Below, piece by piece: positions 54,677 through 64,000 of a stretch of DNA of 64,000 bases (position 1 is its first letter; each line of letters opens with the position of its first letter). This DNA is from Octopus sinensis. Its lineage: Eukaryota. Below the pieces are notes generated by a model, which made no database searches, was not told where the DNA came from, and saw nothing but the letters and a program-made list of their open reading frames with translations. The stretch spans positions 30,566,001 through 30,630,000 of the forward strand of contig NC_043004.1 of the NCBI RefSeq assembly GCF_006345805.1. The letters are read 5' to 3'. A program made the translations under genes and the position numbers.

Positions 54677-55749
54677 TATATATATATATATATATTTGTG
54701 TGTGTGTATGTGTGTAGGTATATTTACGCACATACATACAGATGTACACACATTTCTTTTAAAGTCTGCCCCCAGTCAGCAAAATGTAGAAACTTGGTGT
54801 AGAACAACAAAGATATTTTGAATATTCAAAACTCAAGACGGTCTATATATCCAAACAGTTCCCACTGCACCTCCTAGTGTAGATTTAAATACAAATCATT
54901 TCTGATGAATTCTTAAACATTGACAGTGGCAACTTTATTTATGAATTGTGTTTTAATCTTTTTTGTATGTGAGGTTATCTGACGGCACACATTAACTATT
55001 GATAAATTTAAGGAGGTTTTTGCTCAATTTCGACTCAGGTCTCTTTTCTTTATTTTTGTTTTTGTTATATTATATTTTTTGCTCCTTTTTAATGCTGTTT
55101 TTGCTGATTATAAAACAGTGTAAGTTGGAGGAGATGGCAGGGAAAGCGAGAAAGAAAGAAAGAAAGAGAGGCGGGAGGGGGCAACTGCAGTGTCTCAGTC
55201 CATATTAAGCTTGTTCTCTCGGTTGGCGTATTCCTAAATTTATGCGCTTCGGTTATTTTGATGGACGAGATAAGATTAAAGAAGAATCGATGAAATATTG
55301 GGTAACGGTACCTTTATGGCAAGAAAAGGAGGAAGACGAACATGAACATGTGAGAGAGAGAAAGAGAGAGAAAAGAAAAGATAAAGAAGATGGGGACGAG
55401 GAAGCAGAACAGTAGAAAATAGAGCAGGAGAGAAAGAGGAGGAGGAAGTTTGTGAACACATTGGAGTAAAATTGATTTCTTCTGTAATGAAGCGGTTACT
55501 TGCTGAGAAAAGCAACACGAGGAATCTACCTATTTCCGTTTGTCAGGTGAAGGACTTTTTGCTTTTTTTAGTTCTCTCTCCAAGAAGATTTTCGTTTACG
55601 ATATCCAATTATAAAACTGGCAGTAAGGTTATCAGTCAAATTTGACATTATTAAAAGTAATAATAATAAACATAGTAATAATAATAATAATAAAGAAAGG
55701 CATCTTAATAACCTCAAAGATATCAATTTCACAATGGCATATTATTTTC

Positions 55750-55804
55750 CTTTAAGTATATATATATATATATACATGAGTGTGTGTGTTTGCAACATAC
55801 ACGC

Positions 55805-55849
<45 letters not shown>

Positions 55850-56111
55850 ATTATATATATATATATATAATATATATATATATATAATATATATATATAT
55901 ATACAAATATAAATATATGTATATATATATATATACATGTGTGTATATATATGTATGTATATATATATGTATATAGGTATATATATGTATATTTATTCAT
56001 CCGTACATACATATGTGCATGTGTGTATACAAATATGTGTATCTTTATATACAATATATATATATATACATACAACAAACACACACACACACACACACAC
56101 AAACACCCACC

Positions 56112-56195
<84 letters not shown>

Positions 56196-56790
56196 AGGAT
56201 GGTTAAGATATTTCTATGAAAACTAATATTCCAGAGTTCATGTCAGACGTAAGCAATGGGAATATCTGAAAGAGTTATTTAAAAAAAACAATTTGTACTC
56301 ATGGATTGTGAAGTAGAATGGGCTATGAAGTGTTATACAACAGAATATCTCAATAATGAATTAAATGTCCAGTTTAAATTGGCTACGGGAAGGGTATATA
56401 CATGTATATCCATAAATGCATCTATATACACAGAGACATAAGTATATATATATGTAAGTATCTACATGTATATATATATGTATAGATGGCATCTAGATCC
56501 TTCTGTAAGAGCATATATATACATATATATATATATGCATATCTATGTATACATGTGTGTATATATATGTATGTATATATTATGTATATATATATGTTTG
56601 TATATATATATGTTTGTATATATATATAAATGTATATGTGTATATATGTACATCTGTATATATATGTATATATGTATGTATATATATGTATATATATGTA
56701 TGTATATGTATATATATATGTATGTATATGTATATATATATGTATGTATATGTATATATATGTATACGTATATATATATATATATGTACT
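55750..56790. repeat. (TA)n/(TATG)n compound microsatellites
   Basis: Direct reading. Confidence 0.9.
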
Positions 56791-56822
56791 CACATAAATG
56801 CCAATGAGGGTACGGACGCCGC

Positions 56823-57097
56823 CAAATATATTATCATTATATGTAGAAAAATACAAACTGGGACAAGAACGCAAAACACTTAGAAGACGATACAAAAAAC
56901 ACGGACGGGACATTCGAAGCCCTCAATTTTCAGTCAAGAACCGGATCATCAATCAGCCGAAATTGCCACAATGATCCGGTTCTTGACTGAAGATTGAGGG
57001 CTTCGAATGTCCCATCCATGTTTTTTGTATCGTCTTCTAAGTGTTTTGCGTTCTTGTCCCAGTTTGTATTTTTCTACATATAATAATAATATATTTG
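56823..57097. repeat. Long inverted repeat of PLE-like family C (127-bp arms, 4 mismatches, 21-nt spacer)
   Basis: Arms 56823-56949 and 56971-57097. Confidence 0.95.
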
Positions 57098-57119
57098 TAT
57101 ATATATATCTATACGTATG

Positions 57120-57150
<31 letters not shown>

Positions 57151-57156
57151 ATGTGT

Positions 57157-57189
<33 letters not shown>

Positions 57190-57190
<1 letters not shown>

Positions 57191-57493
57191 CATGTTTGAT
57201 TTCACTTTTTCAATATCAGCGACAGTGGACGCTGGAAAAAGTATAAGTATTTGTGAAAAATCTAATTCTCGGCGACAACTATGATTGTCACACGCTGACG
57301 AGAGGTCAATACCTCGAAACTCGAGTCCGTGTGTATCATAAGTTGAAGACGGGAGGATGACTTCCTTTGCAAATACTGACAGGACACAGATAGTGTGTCT
57401 ATCCGCTGAGGAGTGTGTCCTCCTGGGGCTAAAAACTACAGTAGCATCCACCCTTAGGGGTTAGCCATATTGAAATGGCACAAATACGTCACG
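57190..57493 (+). mobile_element. Second, diverged member of the structured HHR repeat family
   Basis: Colinear with the reverse complement of 41682-41995; shares cctttgcaaatact, tgtgtcta, tggggcta, ctacagta, gttagccat. Confidence 0.75.
57276..57345 (+). ncRNA. Canonical type I hammerhead with extended stem I
   Basis: CACACG CUGACGA GAGGU CAAU ACCUC GAAA CUCGAG UC CGUGUG; all core nucleotides intact, GUC site after 57327; stem I continues through a 3x1 loop with AUGAU/AUCAU and CAACU/AGUUG. Confidence 0.9.
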
Positions 57494-58064
57494 ATATATA
57501 TATATATATATATATATGCATATATGGGTACAGGACTTCACAAACTGTAAACAACATGAAATATGAAAACAAGAGTTGAATATATAAGCAGCACGAGAGA
57601 CAAATGGAAAACAGGACAAGTAACATAAAAACGACTCTTTATCTACTGTCCATCTACTCCTCATTTCAAGCATTGAACGACAATATGAGTTTTCGAAGAG
57701 CAGTTGCTCCCACAAACCAAAGTAAAATTTGGGATTTGCAGAGGGCCAAAGTTGTTAACAAAAACAGGACAGTGAAGACATACAAGGAATCCGAACAAAA
57801 ACAAACATGGAGGCTCATTAGACCAGTTGAAGGTAAAATAGCGAACTCTGGAGGAATATTCTCTTCAATAAGAGGAATGATAGAAGAAAGAGACAGATGC
57901 AGTATGTGCAGTCTCTATGAGTACTGTGAAGGAAAAGAAAGATCATCACGTGATGTATATGTATATATATATTTATATGTATAAATATATTAGACAAAAT
58001 GAGATAACAAAGCCAAGGTTGTGAGAAGTTTCAGGACATTTATAAGGAAAAAGATATAGATATA

Positions 58065-58112
58065 GTCTTACAGCTGTTTCTGAGATATTATGGATATCCC
58101 TTCATCTGAGAC
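58065..58112 (-). ncRNA. Type I hammerhead motif (U4 changed to A)
   Basis: GUCU CAGAUGA A GGGAUAU CCAUA AUAUCUC A GAAA CAGCUG UA AGAC; perfect palindrome ACAGCUGU. Confidence 0.65.
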
Positions 58113-58129
58113 GATGTGAGATGGTTAAA

Positions 58130-58800
58130 TAGATGTAAATATTTGAGTTCGAAATATGGAATTATTATGGAAAAGGAGAAGATAGGGAATATAGTGGGAA
58201 ATAAGAGAATGAAAGTAGAAGTAAAATATAAAATATATTAAGATATCGTAGCTGCAGTTCCATTACTCAAGGAAAGTTGTGTATAGAAATGGTTAAAACA
58301 GGTTCCTGTACATGATATATAAGTTCCAATAGTAGTTCATGTTTAGTCATTTCAAAGTATGGAACCGTGGATTCTGTGTTGCTCATTTGAAAGGGTCTTG
58401 TGGTGTGAATGAACATTTGAGAATGTATTGGTAATATTTGTGGATAGATGGGGTGGAAGGGGAGAGGTAACTATGATTAGAATGAGGAGATAGGTCAAAA
58501 TGAAAGCAGGAAGAGAAAATTAGAGGAAGAAAGAGAATAGGTGAAGACATTGAAAGAAGTGAGGGAAAAAAGTGAAAGTAGTTGATGGTCAAGATAAATA
58601 ATGTGATGGGAGGATCGGAAAGGAGTAGGGGAGGAACAGGAAGAGGTGGGAAGGTACCGAGTGAATAAGTAGGAGATATGTGAGTAGGGGTGATATGACT
58701 GAGCTGCATTAAGGGATGGGTAGAGAAAATGTATGGGTGGGGGTGAGACCAAAGTGAGTTGTTGTTTTAGTAGTAAAATTTTAAGTGGAGGGAAGAATAC
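58130..58800 (-). mobile_element. Probable Penelope-like element 3' relic
   Basis: Minus frame FIHTTRPFQMSNTE weakly resembles the GIY-YIG YIGxTxRxL motif; followed by the HHR-bearing terminal segment. Confidence 0.35.
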
Positions 58801-58879
58801 AAGGATGTCAAATTTCTATAAATAGACATATGTGATTAATAGGTTGGTGCGACAGGTAGGAATCAGTGAGGAGGAAAGA

Positions 58880-59191
58880 AGGTATAATGATATACAAACA
58901 TGCACACTCACATACATATACATGTTCACATAGGAATACATACATACATACATATACACATCCACACACATATATACATATATATATATATATAACGTAT
59001 ATTTGTGTATATATATGGGTATAGTTGTATATATATGCATATATATATATATATATGTATATTTATATATATGTATATATATGTATATGTATAGACATGT
59101 ATATATATATATGTGTATATATATATGTACATATATACATATATATATACATATATGTATATGTATACATATATATATATATGTATGTATA

Positions 59192-59278
<87 letters not shown>

Positions 59279-59380
59279 CTATATATATATATATATATGT
59301 ATGTATATGTTATATATATATAATATATATATATTATATATATATATATTATGTATGTATATTATATATATATATATATA

Positions 59381-59450
<70 letters not shown>

Positions 59451-59468
59451 ATATATATATATATATAA
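58880..59468. repeat. (TA)n-rich compound microsatellite
   Basis: Direct reading. Confidence 0.95.
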
Positions 59469-60063
59469 TAGGTGAATGAATTATCCTGTTTATCGTCAGC
59501 ATGGAAAATTCGATTAACCGAAACCTGGGTAGCAAATTCGTCAGAAACTAGGTTGAAGCGACCTGTCCAAGGGTAGAAACTCCGGGTTCATGTGCAGAAA
59601 TTTGTGTGTTGTATATGCATAAATGAAAGAATGGAGTCGAACGAAGATGTTAACAAAATTCCTTTACTCTCGACATATGTTTCAAAGACAACATGTTTTC
59701 ATTCCAAAGGAATAAAAGGTGCATTATGCAATCTTGTCATCAGGAAAGAAAGGGAGCCTCTCTCGACGACAAGACAAACAAAAATTTCGATGACTGCCTA
59801 CATGGTAAACAAAACGATAATGAGTGTTTTTTAAAAAGACCGTTAGAAGAATTGACGTCAAAGATTAGATAGTAGGAAGAGAAGAGTTAAAGGAATAATA
59901 AGTAGGGAACAAGTGGAGAGGGAAGGGTACGTTGATTGAAAGAATGTTCGAAAGCTTAGGAAAGAATTTCGCTATTGAAGTGGGGTGAACGTAAAGCTAA
60001 TTGTTCAAACCACAGTGACTATCGTTATCATTTATATGAGTAGAAAGTATGTTTCTGCCAGTG

Positions 60064-60114
<51 letters not shown>

Positions 60115-60623
60115 CCAGCTTAGAGAAGAAGAAGAAACGAAACGAAACGAATCGAATCGAATTGACGCGAGGGCGCTCAGTCATACAATAGTGTAATAAA
60201 TAAAATATATGCATACATACAAACATATATGTACGTACCTACATCTACATGTATATATACATGCATATATAAATATATATACGTGACTACAGGACACCAC
60301 AAATAGACGTAGAACTCAACGAGAAACGAAAAAGTAAAAACAAGCATGGAACGGACCATTTTTCTAACAACGAAAAAACAGAGTACAAGACAACTACACA
60401 AGGAAGAATCCCCTTCATCAGCTGTCCCTAGTTCAACTCCAGGATGTTTCGAAGGTGAGGACAGAACACGACTCGTCGAACTAGTCCTTCCTGCGAAAGA
60501 ATTAAATAAAATTCCTTTGCAGAGGGGTAAAAACAAGGAAAAACAAATTGTGACAGAAACAGGACATAAAAACAATACAATTAAAAACATATATATATAT
60601 ATATATATATATATACGTATATG

Positions 60624-60651
<28 letters not shown>

Positions 60652-60654
<3 letters not shown>

Positions 60655-60904
60655 ATAGTTATCGCCATACTAATATGGCATTCTTATAAAAATAAGAATA
60701 AAGCTGTCCGCTTATTAGCTCCATGAGGCCATCGCCTTAAGTTAGCTATTTGATACACAAACTGTATCCATATAACCTTCGAACAGGGAGGTCAGTTTGT
60801 GTATCAAATAGCTAACTTAAGGCGATGGCCTCATGGAGCTAATAAGCGGACAGCTTTATTCTTATTTTATAAGAATGCCATATTAGTATGGCGATAACTA
60901 TTAT
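60652..60904. repeat. Near-perfect long inverted repeat (113/112-bp arms, 28-nt spacer)
   Basis: Arms 60652-60764 and 60793-60904 differ only by one A in a homopolymer. Confidence 0.95.
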
Positions 60905-61024
60905 TTTCCGGGAACGCTGCCATTGTTCTCTTTTAGAGAGACTTAGTAATTTTAATATTTCTATTATATATATATATATATATAATATATATATACACGT
61001 ATATGTATATATATGTATATATAC

Positions 61025-61433
61025 AGGCGCAGGAGTGGCTGTGTGGTAAGTAGCTTGCTAACCAACCACATGGTTCTGGGTTCAGTCCCACTGCGTGGCA
61101 TCTTGGGCAAGTGTCTTCTGCTATAGCCCTGGGCTGACCAATGCCTTGTGAGTGGATTTCGTAGACGAAATCTGAAAGAAGCCTGTCATATATATGTATA
61201 TATATGTATATATGTGTATGTGTGAGTGTTTGTGTGTGTTTGTCCCCCTAGCAATGCTTGACAACCGATGCTGGTGTGTTTACGTCCCCGTCACTTAGCG
61301 GTTCGGCAAAAGAGACTGATAGAATAAGTACTGGGCTTACAAAGAATAAGTCCCGGGGTCGATTTGCTCGACTAAAGGTAGTGCTCCAGCATGGCAGCAG
61401 TCAAATGACTGAAACAAGTAAAAGAGTAAAGAG
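61025..61433 (+). mobile_element. Full-length octopus-type SINE
   Basis: ggcgcaggagtggctgtgtggtaag...gactgaaacaagtaaaagag. Confidence 0.92.
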
Positions 61434-61506
61434 TATATATACATATGCATATATATGTGTGTATATATGTACATATATACATATATATATACATATATGT
61501 ATATAT

Positions 61507-61561
<55 letters not shown>

Positions 61562-61562
<1 letters not shown>

Positions 61563-62085
61563 CTTAGAATAACTTAGAAATGTTTTGGCCAGTATTGGCC
61601 CAGGCCATGTCTAACTTAATAGCACTACCTGGCGAAGTCTTTCAGTTCAGGATTTGGGCACCAAGGCCCATTCGAGCAGAGAGTTATTGTTTGCGGAGAC
61701 ATATCCGGGTGTGGGTGGTTTGTCCGGTACTGTTTGAAGGAATTTGTCCAAAGACTTCTTGAATTTTGTGCGGTCAGTTTCTTTTTTGACGTGTCCTGGT
61801 GTAATGTTGAAGAGAGCGGGTCCAATTGAGGTGAAATAGTTGTGCCGTATTGTCGTTATGTGATGCGATTTAGATTTTTGTTGTGGACGGATGGCACGTG
61901 GTCCAAGCCTTGGATGTATTTTGAAGGTGATGCCAACATCATTCGGACAGTGCTGATGGAATATTTTCCACATCATACAGATAATGTAGCGTTCACGGCG
62001 TCGTTGGAGTGAATACAATTTCAGCTTCTCTAGTCTACCCCAGTAGTCAAGGTCTGACATGCCATCTATCTTTTTTGTGATTGAC
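61562..62085 (-). mobile_element. CR1-clade LINE 3' end
   Basis: YWGRLEKLKLYSLQRRRERY...FKKSLDKFLQTVPDKP...NNSL, then a short UTR ending in tandem ttctaagtt repeats. Confidence 0.8.
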
Positions 62086-62127
62086 CTTATATATGTGTGT
62101 ATATATATGTGTGTATATAAGTGTATA

Positions 62128-62340
62128 TCATCATCATCATCGTTCAATGTCCGCTTTCCATGCTAGCATGGGTTGGACGATTTGACTGAAGTCTGGCGAA
62201 CCAGATGCCCTTCCTAATGCCAACTACTCTGAGAGTGTAGAGAGTGTAGTGGATGCTTTTACGTGTGACCGGCATGGAGGCCAGCTTGTTGCTCTGGCAA
62301 CGATCGCGCTTGTATGGTACTCTTAGTGCTCCACTAGCAC
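62128..62340 (-). mobile_element. SINE/RTE-related 3' fragment
   Basis: Reverse complement of the 40130-40396 family, with a (CAT)n tail on the plus strand. Confidence 0.75.
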
Positions 62341-62429
62341 AGATGCCAGTCATCGAATTTGATTTCGATTTCACTTGCTTCAACAGGTCTTCACAAGCAG
62401 AGTTTAGTGTCCAATGGGGCTGGTTACAT

Positions 62430-63092
62430 ATGCTCAGCAGATGATCAGAAATAAGGTAAAGGATGACTCATCTGAGAAAATATCATTCTTCCACTGCTCT
62501 AGGGACCAATTCTGTAGGCTTTTATTCCACACTTAAAGCTTTGCAACAGTTGTTTTTTAAAGTAGTGGTTTTCTGATTGCAGCCCTCTGGTTATGTGTAG
62601 CTTCTGGCGAACAGTTTTTGTAGAAATTGGGTTCTTGAGGTGTCATTAAGCTCTGCAGTAATTTGGGAGCTCTACTTTTGTGATCCTTTCTAACAATTTG
62701 AGTAAGAGTCCAACAGCACCCATCTGAAAGTTTTTGGTTTTCTTCCGGAGTTTTGTTTTGTCAAGGAGGTTTTTTCCCTCTTTCTCAAAGGCTGTCATTA
62801 CTTTCGAGACAGTACTTCTTGATACACCAAACAATTCGGCTGTTTTCATTATTCTATTGCCTGCCATATGAGCACTAACAATTTGACCTCTTTGAAAGTT
62901 TGATAGATCTGTCATTTTAATGAATTTTAATTACCGTCTTCTGATGATATCCCAAGAGAAACAGCATTTTTAGCAACACTAATTATAAATAAAAAAAAAC
63001 ATAAAAATAAACAAGCTTTTGATGGATTTATAGATATTTAAAAATTATGATGCTATGATGCTAGGTGTTTCCATTATTTTGTCCAACATACA
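62430..63092 (-). mobile_element. Tc1-like transposon 5' part
   Basis: MTDLSNFQRGQIVSAHMAG...TAELFGVSRSTVSKV HTH; TIR-like ggtgtttccattattttgtcc near 63066-63086. Confidence 0.8.
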
Positions 63093-63118
63093 TATTTTGT
63101 CCTGTTCATACATACATA

Positions 63119-63580
63119 AAAGACTATCCTAAAATAAACTTAGAAAATCCCTCTGTTATGGAATTCGTTCATAAACACCAACTCAAGAAATACTGGTGAA
63201 TATTCCCATCAAAACTTCTGTCAAATGTAAACATAATAGGCCGGATATAGTTGTTTGGGACAGAAGGACTAAAGTATGTACCATCATTTTGGTCAGCTGC
63301 CATGAAGATATAAATATCTCTTTGAAAGTCAAAGAAAAAGAGAATATCTATGGATAACTTCCTCAAAACATCCAGCTTCTATATCCAGACTACGAATTCA
63401 TATTCATACCAATAATAATTGGAACACTAGGTTTTGTTAGCAAATGCTTAAAGGAGAATCAAGTTCCAAATGTGAATTTGTCAGTGTTAAACTATGTCCC
63501 AAAGATGGAGCCTTGTATCTTTGTTGGAAACCAGTTACCTCTTCAATGGAAGATTCATAATAGTTAAAGAATAGAGGAGA
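63119..63580 (+). mobile_element. R4/Dong-clade RLE LINE 3' fragment (copy 3)
   Basis: KCKHNRPDIVVWDR and YPDYEFIFIPIIIGTLG; 3'UTR homologous to copies 1 and 2. Confidence 0.85.
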
Positions 63581-63585
63581 CATAA

Positions 63586-63594
63586 ATGCATATA

Positions 63595-63628
<34 letters not shown>

Positions 63629-63657
63629 CATACATACAAACATACATACATACATAT

Positions 63658-63688
<31 letters not shown>

Positions 63689-63825
63689 CATACATACAAA
63701 CATACATACATACATATATACATACATACATACATACACACACACATACATACATACATACATACATACACACACACATACATACATACATACATACATA
63801 CATACATACACATACATACATACAT
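63586..63825. repeat. (CATA)n microsatellite
   Basis: Direct reading. Confidence 0.95.
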
Positions 63826-64000
63826 GTGAGCAGGCATGTCTCTGTGGTAAGTAGCTTGCTTCCCAACCACATGATTTCAGGTTCAGTCCAACTAAGTGGC
63901 AACCATGCCAGCAAGGACAATGGACTTTAAATGACGATGATGATGATGATATATATATATAAAACAATTACAAAGAATATGGAATAATTATGCTATATGA

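Noticed and set aside
56980-57015. CTGAAGA...CGAATGTC in family C as a hammerhead
   Set aside because: A15.1 is missing, stem II cannot close a viable loop and there is no stem I pairing
57401-57448. Apparent second tandem hammerhead (CTGAGGA...AAAACTACAGTA)
   Set aside because: No GAAA and no stem I; the homologous region of the 41.7 kb copy shows it is a separate covarying hairpin (GAGGA/TCCTC)
59480-59600. Three GAAA-near-palindrome-UH motifs in tandem
   Set aside because: No matching CUGANGA or stem I upstream on the same strand; at most heavily decayed remnants

Overview
AT-rich, repeat-dominated animal genomic DNA, most likely from an octopus-type cephalopod (inferred from the SINE families and the dense (TA)n/(CA)n/(TACA)n tracts). 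No convincing host gene was found; most long ORFs in the track are microsatellite artefacts or transposon fragments. The window contains a young Mag-type Gypsy element (32231-34884) missing gag-protease-5'RT, nested in an old decayed Gypsy. It also has a solo LTR, three R4-clade RLE LINE copies, RTE, CR1 and L1/Tx1 fragments, several mariner/Tc1 relics, two MITEs, many tRNA-derived SINEs and Penelope-like (PLE) terminal fragments. The most notable signal is about a dozen type I hammerhead ribozyme (HHR) motifs with palindromic stem III. Two of them lie in highly diverged members of a ~300-355 nt structured RNA family: 41628-42039 (53-nt terminal redundancy, 13-bp TSD) and ~57190-57493. Their helices covary throughout, as expected for a retrozyme-like or circular-RNA-derived retroelement. 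Five long inverted repeats are also present, two with a hammerhead in each arm. All structures were read by eye; none was computed or tested.
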